DNA of 39,609 bases from contig JAJCYU010000120.1 of NCBI GenBank assembly GCA_029262755.1, positions 1-39,609 on the forward strand. Reading direction: 5' to 3'. How positions within the stretch are numbered: position 1 is the stretch's first letter; each line of letters begins with the position of its first letter. The notes under the pieces are model-generated. The model did no database searches. It was not told where the DNA came from and worked only from the letters and a program-made list of their open reading frames with translations. Source of the stretch: Anaerolineae bacterium. Lineage in GTDB: Bacteria > Chloroflexota > Anaerolineae > Epilineales > Epilineaceae. Below are positions 19,801-26,853 of the stretch, one piece after another. Position numbers and translations under genes: made by a program.

Positions 19801-20572
19801 GCAGGGTGAAGGCGGGCGGCGGGGTCTCGCCGCCGAGCTCCTCGGCCGTCGCAAGGTCGAACAGCTGCACGCGCGCACCGCGCTTGTCGCCGACGGCCAA
19901 CACCCGTCCGTCGGGTGAAACGTCGAGGTCGGAGACGTTCGTGAACTGACCGGCGTCTAGCCCGCGCTCCCCGATGCGGAAGAGCTCCTGCCCGCTGAAG
20001 ACGTCGATCACGGAGACGTTGCTCTCGTCCGCGTCGAAGAGGTACACGCGGCCGTCCAGGGAGGCGGCGATGCTGGTGGCGTTGATGTCCTCCCACTGCC
20101 CGGCGTAGCTGCCGTCCATGCGATACATCACGACCCGCTCGACGGCCGGGTCGAGCACGTACAGGCGCTCGGCGGAGAAGGGGAAGCCCGGCACTGTCGG
20201 ATCGGGTCCAATAGCGAGCTTACCGACGCGGCCCAGCTGCTGCGGGAAGCCGCCCATTACCCCGAAGGGCGTCGAGAAGACGCCGGTGGGAAGCAGACGG
20301 TGCACGCCCCCGATGCCTTCATCCGCGATGAACACGGTGCCGTCGCGCGAGAAGACAAGGTCATTGGGCGACTGGAACAGGCCCTCCGCCGTCGAATCAC
20401 GCACCGGCCATTGGTCGACCATCTGATAGGCGAGCAGCGATTCGGTCTCTTGGGCGGTCACCGCATCCGTGCGGGGCAGTGCAACGGCGGCGCAAACGAG
20501 CGCGATGAGGGTGGCGGCCACGGCAGATGCACGACGTGGTGACAGAGTATTCCAAGGCAAACGAGGAGACAT
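16892..20572 (-). CDS. Large secreted protein: NHL-like beta-propeller region, degenerate VWA domain, Pro/Thr linker, internal IYLPW motif, C-terminal VWA domain
   Basis: ATG 20572 with AAGGA upstream (the track's longer ORF start is unlikely). Signal peptide; FQSPNDL..DGTVFIADE and LTVDGSGRVYVAD propeller blades; C-terminal VWA with MIDAS DVSSSM, T and LLSDG. Confidence 0.88.
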   Translation of the reverse strand: MSPRLPWNTLSPRRASAVAATLIALVCAAVALPRTDAVTAQETESLLAYQMVDQWPVRDSTAEGLFQSPNDLVFSRDGTVFIADEGIGGVHRLLPTGVFSTPFGVMGGFPQQLGRVGKLAIGPDPTVPGFPFSAERLYVLDPAVERVVMYRMDGSYAGQWEDINATSIAASLDGRVYLFDADESNVSVIDVFSGQELFRIGERGLDAGQFTNVSDLDVSPDGRVLAVGDKRGARVQLFDLATAEELGGETPPPAFTLRRSYDLLNPRYTQGDNSCRATRMNAMGGDKVFIGEATQACILDGRDYDFAIAASANSRSICKDTVTLPRLNAMTQDYYALAQNDPNTGRCGEKRTELDTTPVIVKYGDESLKSVETIWEAASNENSDNPLLFAPNRITMPSTNHLFVSDNSAQLRYFDLEGQQVATSERASSSGSFGGDFEFFQVIQASGGDVLGEIYGYYLNGQRSGGNFVVEGGIGRFQNVERRSQQGTETVIEPIWTDPLVSSFEEIEVPALAWNHVTKELLVVRVDVVEQQRTQNVQIVRYNEEGRELQPPIELPDDGSANPYTDLKVATDGRIFALDDFEDLVRIMAPDGTPIVDVPVAFDARRVAGGPPSPDGAVYVLREPGSIERYADDGTITARLDGRPLDFSDPTTLSDLTVDGSGRVYVADAQSSLITVFAPSSDRLVLPVPGDGACEFVGETTASPTTLDLGATSAISISMLGKCGIFEEPADIVVTVPYFGRLQQGVDPARTLITEMKQLVSRVNFSKHRAGIVSFYTGTTVDLPLTNDRDAYFEATENITRFNPPNENVKQRLKDGMEEAFTLFDDDTRRKVLVILNADYCNPENEFFPGQCQGIPPAEDTALLLRQNGVTIIVINSFGAFDLASSDEDALFGSAEAHRRMVLYEPPANLATDITLTYQVPADITPDEATIVGTGDGVWSAPNLAWTQPEMGFNGGAYGVAIEPQVGGTMPIADSLVAAFTDGWGQAQTLTFPIPQLEVIPPAETPTATPVPATQTPLPPTPTPEPVAIYLPWTGNAACFPVKRRFDITLVVDVSSSMAEGSGEKLAAAKASMRGFIDNTDLRTNYDRVAVVDFATEATVVQRMTDDRGALEAAVARIAARNGTRIDRGLTTATRVLAEQGRPGAGHVIVLLSDGQQTIEPDTAYTAGAAARAAGITVYAVGLGEGADAALLADVAGDAGRYFFAPDTGALAGIYAEIQASIPGCP

Positions 20573-20586
20573 GCAGGTGTCCTTTC

Positions 20587-20646
20587 GAGGCGCAGGGGCT
20601 TGAGGCGCTGGGATACGAGGCGCTGGGGTGGGAGGCGCTGGGATTC
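20587..20646. repeat. Four 15-bp tandem repeats immediately upstream of the VWA gene RBS
   Basis: gaggcgcaggggctt gaggcgctgggatac gaggcgctggggtgg gaggcgctgggattc. Confidence 0.85.
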
Positions 20647-21026
20647 GAGACAAAGGGGCAGGGCGATGCGGCGGTCGGACAGACGGTGGGCTTGTGGGAG
20701 GGCCGGTGCCGACGCAGCACGGCGCAACCAGAGGGGATGGGGCATGGGATCGGAGCTGGGTTACGCACGAAGTGTGCTTCGGGTTGTCGGTGCGATTTTC
20801 CGGCACCGGGACGTTTGCGCTCGGTACACGCTAGATCGCCGACGCCTGTCCTTCGACGCGCGGGGAGCACAGAGTCTTATCCTTTCTTCGCAATTGGGTT
20901 CGGTGTGGGGCGTACCCTTTTCAAGGAACCACGTGTCTACTTCCAGAGGACGGTGCTGACACCACGGGGGCCACGCAACCATCTGCAGCAGTATCGTCGC
21001 AGGACCACGCCCTTCGGAGAGACGCG

Positions 21027-22388
21027 ATGAAGAACGCTCAGGCGGAACACGGTCGAAGGGAGCGAGGGCGTCGAGTCCTCGTGTACGCGCTGGTTCTGCT
21101 GGTAGGTGGGGCAGCCGCCCGTGGGGTCGATGCATCCCGCGCATCGCGCTTGGCGCAGGTCGCTACGGCGACCCCCGTGCCCGCCATGTCTGATCTCGAG
21201 TTGGGCGAGGTGGTGATCACGTCTCGGCCGGGCGTCGTGTGTGGGCGGACCGCGAGGGGGTTGTTGTTTCGTTTCGCGAACGTTGGCCACGGGCCGGCGT
21301 CAGGCTTTCTGGTGCGGGCCGGCGATCGCTGGCTCGCGGGTGGTCGTGTGGCGGCCGGAGCCAATGGCTGGGTCTGGTTCGATGGCCTGACATCGACCGA
21401 CGTATTGCGGGTGGTTGTGGACGATGCGGATCAGGTGCTCGAGCTCGACGAAGGCAACAACGAGCGGACGGCGCGGCCGGATGAGGGTCCGATCCCCAAC
21501 TGGCCTACGTGCACACCGACGGCGGTGGCCACGGGTCCGCGGCCGACCGCGACCGCGCGACCGGATCTGCTCGCGGAGATTCTCTCCGTCAGCGTCGCGC
21601 CCGATTGGCGCTGCGAGGACACGCCTGTGTTGGGGCTGCGCGCGCAGTTTCGATTCGAAGACGGTGTGGATACGCCGGCCTTTGTGGTGACGACCAACGG
21701 CACGCCGCGCGCGCACGATGGACGCGCATTCCGCTCCCGCGGCACCACCTGGGTTCCGGGCTTTCGTGCGGAGGGGGGCAACGAGTTGGTCGTCGACGCG
21801 GCGGAGCAGGTCGACGAGGCGGATGAGACGAACAACCATCTGGCGGGGGGCACGCCGCTGCCCCTTCCGACGTTGCCGCCCTGCCCTCCCGGACCCAATC
21901 CCGAGGATCTGCCCGATCTGGTGATCGGAGACACACGATGGGTGCACAAGGGCTTCAACGGCATCTGCATCCCGGCCGACGAGGGTATCGAGCTGCGGCT
22001 GGCGGTGTGGAATCGCGGCGGGTCGACGGCCGGGCCATTCCTGGTCCGCATGCGTACCTCCGGCCGCACATGGCGCGTCGAAGGCCTTGCGCCGGGCACC
22101 GTGGTACGGCTCGAGCCGCAATCGGGCTGGCGTGCAGGCGATTTTCCGCTCGAGATCGAGGTCGATCCGGACAACGAAGTGCCAGAGTCCGACGAAACGA
22201 ACAACCGGCGGTCGTTGCCGACCCCGCCACCCTTCACGCCGCCGCCCTTCTGCACGGCGACACCGACGGGAGGCGGACCGACGGTCACCTCGCGCGTGCC
22301 GACGCCGACGGGTACCGTTCCATCGACGACGGCTACCCCAACGGCCGATCCGGTGTACGTGCCGCTTTCGATTCGGGAGGCGCGGTAG
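21027..22388 (+). CDS. Secreted protein with three CARDB (Ig-like) repeats and C-terminal VYVPLSIR motif
   Basis: Three repeats starting (P/S)DL and ending VD..(D/E)QV.E.DE.NN / VDPDNEVPESDETNN. Signal-like N-terminus and Pro/Thr linkers. Confidence 0.85.
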   Translation: MKNAQAEHGRRERGRRVLVYALVLLVGGAAARGVDASRASRLAQVATATPVPAMSDLELGEVVITSRPGVVCGRTARGLLFRFANVGHGPASGFLVRAGDRWLAGGRVAAGANGWVWFDGLTSTDVLRVVVDDADQVLELDEGNNERTARPDEGPIPNWPTCTPTAVATGPRPTATARPDLLAEILSVSVAPDWRCEDTPVLGLRAQFRFEDGVDTPAFVVTTNGTPRAHDGRAFRSRGTTWVPGFRAEGGNELVVDAAEQVDEADETNNHLAGGTPLPLPTLPPCPPGPNPEDLPDLVIGDTRWVHKGFNGICIPADEGIELRLAVWNRGGSTAGPFLVRMRTSGRTWRVEGLAPGTVVRLEPQSGWRAGDFPLEIEVDPDNEVPESDETNNRRSLPTPPPFTPPPFCTATPTGGGPTVTSRVPTPTGTVPSTTATPTADPVYVPLSIREAR

Positions 22389-22526
22389 GAGGGGGCATGC
22401 GAATCGTGGATCGCATGCAGTAGCATCCATTCGGCGAGTATCCACCCGGCCACGGCGCCTCGCGCTGCTCGTCTCTCCCCGTGCCTGCTACTGCTGAGGG
22501 AAAGACGCCCAAGGACGCAGACGACC

Positions 22527-23408
22527 ATGCCCGAGCTCCCCGAGATCGAAGCCTACCGCGCTGCCCTGCGAGCACGCGTCGAAGGCGAGGTCATCGAACG
22601 CGTGCGCAATCGGTCCGTCTCGTTGCTCAAGACGTGGGATCCGCCGCTGGAGGCCGCGCACGGCCGGCGCGTGCTCGACGTGCGGCGATTGGGGAAGCGT
22701 ATCGTGCTGGGGCTGGAGGACGAACTCTTCCTGGTCGTGCACTTGATGGTCGCCGGGCGGCTAGCATGGCTCGCTCCGGGGGCGGCGATCCCCAAGAAGT
22801 ACGGGCAGGCGGCCTTCGACTTTTCAGGCGGGACGCTGCTGCTGACCGAGGCGGGGACGAAGCGCAGGGCGTCGCTGCACGTGGTTCGCGGCGAGGACGG
22901 GCTGGCGGCGCTGGATCCGGGCGGGGTCGAGATCGCGGACGTATCGGCGCCGGACTTCGCGCTGCGCCTGCGCGCAGCACGGCACACCCTCAAGCGTGCG
23001 TTGAGCGACGCGCGCATCCTGAGCGGCATCGGCGGCGCCTTCGCCGACGAGATCCTGCACCGTGCGCGCCTGTCGCCGATGCAGCTGACGACGAACCTCA
23101 GCGACGAGGAGATGGCACGACTGTGGTCGGCGGCGCGTGCGACCATGGCGGAGTGGGAGGCACTACGCGTGGCGGAGACCGGCGACGGCTTCCCGACAAA
23201 GGTGACGGCCTTCCATCCGAGGATGGCCGTCCACGGCAAGTACGGCGAGCCGTGTCCGGTGTGCGGTGCGCCCGTTCAGCGCATCGTCTACGCCAGTCGC
23301 GAGACGAACTACTGCCCCGGCTGCCAGACGGACGGGCGGATCCTCAGGGACCGAGCGCTCAGCCGGCTGCTGCGCGAGACGTTTCCGAAGCACTTGGATG
23401 AGCTGTAG
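22527..23408 (+). CDS. Fpg/Nei family DNA glycosylase/AP lyase
   Basis: N-terminal PELPE, RRLGK, HLMVAG, H2TH LSGIGGAFADEIL and zinc finger CPVC...CPGC. Confidence 0.93.
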   Translation: MPELPEIEAYRAALRARVEGEVIERVRNRSVSLLKTWDPPLEAAHGRRVLDVRRLGKRIVLGLEDELFLVVHLMVAGRLAWLAPGAAIPKKYGQAAFDFSGGTLLLTEAGTKRRASLHVVRGEDGLAALDPGGVEIADVSAPDFALRLRAARHTLKRALSDARILSGIGGAFADEILHRARLSPMQLTTNLSDEEMARLWSAARATMAEWEALRVAETGDGFPTKVTAFHPRMAVHGKYGEPCPVCGAPVQRIVYASRETNYCPGCQTDGRILRDRALSRLLRETFPKHLDEL

Positions 23409-23480
23409 GAAGGACACGAATCGCTTCGGAAACGCAGGCGCACGCAAGCACAAGGCGTGACACGCAACTAGGAGATTACC

Positions 23481-23849
23481 GTGGGAGCCCATCCGCTCAA
23501 CCTTGCCGTTCGATTCGCCCTCGAGTTGGCCGTGCTCGCGACGATTGGTGCATGGGGTTGGCGTCAAGCCGAGGGGTGGCCGCGGTTCGCGCTGGCCATC
23601 GCCCTGCCGCTCGTCGCCGCGACCGCCTGGGGAGTGCTGGCGGTGCCGGGCGATCCGAGCCGCTCCGGTGCGGCTCCGATCCCGGTGCCGGGGATCGTTC
23701 GGCTGGTCCTGGAGCTGAGCCTGTTCGCCGTCGCCGTCGTGGCGCTGCGGCACATCGGCCGACCGGGTCTCGCGGCGGGCCTCGCCGGCGCCACCCTGCT
23801 GCACTACCTGCTGTCGTGGGACCGAATCGCGTGGTTGCTCGGGCGCTAA
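23481..23849 (+). CDS. YrdB (DUF2568) family membrane protein
   Basis: NLAVRFALEL...PLVAATAWGV.AVP.DP...RLVLEL. AGGAG RBS precedes GTG. Confidence 0.85.
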   Translation: MGAHPLNLAVRFALELAVLATIGAWGWRQAEGWPRFALAIALPLVAATAWGVLAVPGDPSRSGAAPIPVPGIVRLVLELSLFAVAVVALRHIGRPGLAAGLAGATLLHYLLSWDRIAWLLGR

Positions 23850-23919
23850 GAACGCAATGCTGGCGGAGCCTGACTCATAGGCCGCAGACCACCAAGGACG
23901 TCTCTCCATCGCCTGACAC

Positions 23920-24642
23920 TCAGCGCTTCGCCGCCCACCACACCTTGAGGCCGTAGCCGAAGGACGCCATGCCGCCGAGCACGAAGAGGGCGAGCATGAC
24001 GCGGCCCGGCGTGCGGCTCCAGCCGTCCACGTGGTCCGCGAGCTGCGCCGAGCGCGGATCGCCGGGAATGTAAACGACCTCGACCGCGTCGCCGATCTCG
24101 TAGCGACGGAACGAGCGCGCCGGAACGTCGATGCGCACCGGCTGGAAGCTGCCGATATCCAGGGACGGCAGCTCGAACTCGCCGGCCATCACGTCGATGT
24201 GGGCGGTCGGACGCGGCGCGGCCGAAGCGCGATGCATGTACGTGATATCGAAGACATGACTCGTGGTGTCTTGGCCTGGATTACGAAACCGCATCTTGTC
24301 GCGCACGGTGGCCTCCGTCCGCAGACCGCTGGCGCGCAGCTCGGCCATTTCCTGCTCGTTGAACCAGAGTATCGAGAGCAGCAAGAGCCCGAGCCCCCAG
24401 ATCGTGATGGCGAGGGCGATAGCGTTGTTACGCGTGGTCTTGGCGGCGGTGCGAGCACTCGATTCACGGTCCGCTTCGTGTTCATCAGCGGCGTTTCGAG
24501 CCTGGTCCGACGCCCTTCGATCCTCGCCCACGATCAAGCGATGACCTTGTGTACAGGGCCGAGCGTCGGGGTGAAACGCGCTGCGATCATGGTCGGCAAC
24601 TCCTGGTGGGGCTTGCGGACAATGCGCTGGGGCGTTGGTCAT
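23920..24642 (-). CDS. DUF3592-like membrane protein (start uncertain)
   Basis: TM helix, G.RTEATV, a beta region ending YEIGDAVEVVYIPGDPRSA, then a C-terminal TM helix. Confidence 0.65.
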   Translation of the reverse strand: MTNAPAHCPQAPPGVADHDRSAFHPDARPCTQGHRLIVGEDRRASDQARNAADEHEADRESSARTAAKTTRNNAIALAITIWGLGLLLLSILWFNEQEMAELRASGLRTEATVRDKMRFRNPGQDTTSHVFDITYMHRASAAPRPTAHIDVMAGEFELPSLDIGSFQPVRIDVPARSFRRYEIGDAVEVVYIPGDPRSAQLADHVDGWSRTPGRVMLALFVLGGMASFGYGLKVWWAAKR

Positions 24643-24724
24643 CGGCAAGCTGGGGTGTGGGATCGCGAAACCAGATTGCTCCAACACGACCGCCGATCAC
24701 TCTGTAGCGGATTCTTGCACCGCG

Positions 24725-25165
24725 TTAGGCGCCGCGGTCAGCGAGCGGATGACGCCAGCGAAGACCCGGAAAACGGCTGAAGTCGCGGTCCGTGGTGATC
24801 CATTCGCAACCGGACTCGATCGCCAGGGCGGCAAAGTAGGCATCTGGAATCAGGTTCCCCTTCGCGCCCGCAGACGTGCAAAGGCGCTCGAAGATTCCCC
24901 AATGTCGATCGCCGGGGCTCACCTTGACGGATGTCGGTGACATCCGCAAGGAGTGGCAAAAGGTCATTGCAGTTCCCAACGGGCTGGGGGGATCGAATAT
25001 CCGAGAATGGGTGACGATTCGAACAAATCCGCTGAGCACATGCTCCGAGAACGCCCAGGAGGCATTGCCGTTGACTATCTCTTCCACCCAAGTGCGGTAG
25101 GCTGCATGGTCGGGCGCGTCCTCACGGTGCGCGTAGACCAAGACGTTGACGTCCATCAGGATCAC
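24725..25165 (-). CDS. vapC: Type II toxin, VapC PIN-domain ribonuclease (mycobacterial-type MILxDVNVLVYA family)
   Basis: MILMDVNVLVYAHRED, GFVRIVTH.RIF..P, GNLIPDAYFAALAIE and TTDRDFSRFPGLRW. Confidence 0.93.
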   Translation of the reverse strand: MILMDVNVLVYAHREDAPDHAAYRTWVEEIVNGNASWAFSEHVLSGFVRIVTHSRIFDPPSPLGTAMTFCHSLRMSPTSVKVSPGDRHWGIFERLCTSAGAKGNLIPDAYFAALAIESGCEWITTDRDFSRFPGLRWRHPLADRGA

Positions 25166-25416
25166 GGCTTCGTATCGTCCGTATTCATGAGGTCAAGGAG
25201 CGCTGCGCCGTCGTCCAGATCGACTCCCGGAAAGAGGCCGTTGCCGCCCACGGTGGCTAGCCGTACAGCGTCGCGCGGAAGCTTCACCTGCTTCTGCCGG
25301 GCAAGGAGATTGCGAAGAGCTTCCTCGATCAGCGAAGTCATGGTGCGGTCGGTCTCAGCCGCAAGGACTCTGAGCTCTTTGAGCAAGCCGTCATCGAGTC
25401 GAATCGTCGTACGCAT
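25162..25416 (-). CDS. vapB: Type II antitoxin, ribbon-helix-helix (CopG/VapB) family
   Basis: MRTTIRLDDGLL..L...AA...RTMTSLIEEALR...GLFPGVDLDD. GTGA overlap with vapC. Confidence 0.9.
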   Translation of the reverse strand: MRTTIRLDDGLLKELRVLAAETDRTMTSLIEEALRNLLARQKQVKLPRDAVRLATVGGNGLFPGVDLDDGAALLDLMNTDDTKP

Positions 25417-25452
25417 GCATCAGAGCATATTGCTGGCGCATCAATATGTCAA
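25417..25452 (-). promoter_or_regulatory. sigma70 promoter for a leaderless vapB transcript, with palindromic operator
   Basis: On the minus strand: TTGACA (25452-25447), 17 nt, TATGCT (25429-25424), 7 nt, ATG (25416). Inverted repeat CATATTG (25426-25432) / CAATATG (25442-25448). No SD sequence. Confidence 0.75.
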
Positions 25453-25501
25453 CCGTCTGCATTATGGATCCAACTCGTCCCAACCCAATAGCGCTCACGC
25501 C

Positions 25502-26587
25502 CTACCGCTCCGCCACGAAGCGGTCCACCTCGGCGCGCATCTCGGGTTCGCGCATCTTCGCCTCCACGGCTTCGGGGCGCAGGCTTAGGGCCGGGATCTC
25601 CGCGGTCACGTCGAGGATGAAGTCCGCGCGTTGCCAGAGCAGGTCGACGAGATCGCGCACGTCCGTTTCGGCGCGTAGGGCGGCGTAGTCGTCGGGGTGG
25701 TTCTCGCGGGCGTGGCGGAGGAAGAATTCCACGTAGAGCATCATCGTGACGAGGCCGTCGCGGTAGCTGGTGCTGCCGCGCAGTTGGTCGTGGATGCCGT
25801 AGCCGGTGAACATGGAATGCGTGTAGGCGTTGAACTCGTCCAGCAACGTGAAGAAGTTCTGGTCGCCGGACTGGCCGGTCAGGTACGTGTCTTTGTATTG
25901 GTTATCCAGATCGCCCGTGATGTATGGGGCGATCTCGGAGCGAGGGAAGGTGTCGATGTTGGGCACAAGGCGCGTGTCGTCTGCGCGGATCGCGTAGTAG
26001 TACTCGCGGAAGAAGGTGGGGAGCGCGCCTTCCTGGAAGCCGAGTTGGTGGTCCATCTCGTGGACGGCGACCTGGAGTGCGCGCAGCAGGCCGTCGAAGG
26101 AATCGCGTTGGCCGCCGGTCCAGATGGCCGCGTTGGTCTTGCTGTCGTCCAAGGCCGTGACGATGAAGTGACCGGTGGCGTAGCGGCGTTCGAGGACGGC
26201 CAGCATCGTCTCGTACCAGCGGTCGGCGTCGTAGCCGTCGCGCAGGTCGTCGATGGACGCGAGGTCCGTCAGCGCTTCGCTGTAGGGCGGCTTGCCCGGC
26301 GTGGCGGCGGCCGTGGATGTGGCGGTCGGAAGAGGCGGCGGCGGGGGCTCGCGGTCCGGCGTGGCGGTGGGGCCCGTGGGTGGCCGCGACGTCGGCGCGG
26401 GCGCGAACGCTGAGTTGCCGGCGTTCCGTGCCACGAGCGGCACGAACAGCCAGGTGCGCTCTGGGTCCGGATCCGGTTGCATCGGCGGCGCGGCACCCGC
26501 GGGCGGTGGGGCGAGTGAAAGCGCGATCGTCAGGCCGACGGCAGCGAGTGCGAATACGCCTTGTTTGAGGGATGAGTCCGACGTCAT
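25502..26587 (-). CDS. Secreted hypothetical protein with N-terminal LFVPLVAR motif, Pro/Thr linker and an HExxH-containing helical domain (putative zincin)
   Basis: AGGAG RBS; signal peptide; HEMDH (26048-26062) and downstream LDEFNAY. Confidence 0.7.
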   Translation of the reverse strand: MTSDSSLKQGVFALAAVGLTIALSLAPPPAGAAPPMQPDPDPERTWLFVPLVARNAGNSAFAPAPTSRPPTGPTATPDREPPPPPLPTATSTAAATPGKPPYSEALTDLASIDDLRDGYDADRWYETMLAVLERRYATGHFIVTALDDSKTNAAIWTGGQRDSFDGLLRALQVAVHEMDHQLGFQEGALPTFFREYYYAIRADDTRLVPNIDTFPRSEIAPYITGDLDNQYKDTYLTGQSGDQNFFTLLDEFNAYTHSMFTGYGIHDQLRGSTSYRDGLVTMMLYVEFFLRHARENHPDDYAALRAETDVRDLVDLLWQRADFILDVTAEIPALSLRPEAVEAKMREPEMRAEVDRFVAER

Positions 26588-26853
26588 GCTTCGCTCCTGC
26601 TCGTCCGTGCGAATCGGCGGGGAGCCTATACTGCCCGTGGCGCGCAGCGATCGCCACTCCAACCGGCGATCCGCCCAGCCGCTAGCACATCATATGTTGG
26701 CCACGCCACCGGGCTTCCGCTATATCACCGCGGCGCGCAATATCTTCGCCGATTCCCCCCTCGTATTTGCCGGCGCGGTCGGCATCGGCGTCGTCCTCGC
26801 GGTGGCCGTGCCCCGAGCGGCGGCGCGCGAACGCTAGCGCCCCCGGAGCCTCC

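Noticed and set aside
20573..20806. 78-aa N-terminal extension of the VWA ORF; similar extensions at 14475-14831, 13871-14011, 2830-3006 and 31669-31788
   Set aside because: Downstream ATGs have clear SD sequences and start with signal peptides or family N-termini. The extensions translate intergenic or repeat DNA.
8836..25416. Region between the two TA modules as a mobile element or prophage
   Set aside because: No integrase, transposase, phage genes or flanking att/terminal repeats seen. The gene content looks like ordinary accessory chromosome.
26694..26837. 47-codon + strand ORF with a hydrophobic segment upstream of the MFS gene
   Set aside because: No SD sequence and no recognisable family. 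It could be a small membrane peptide or a remnant but is unsupported.
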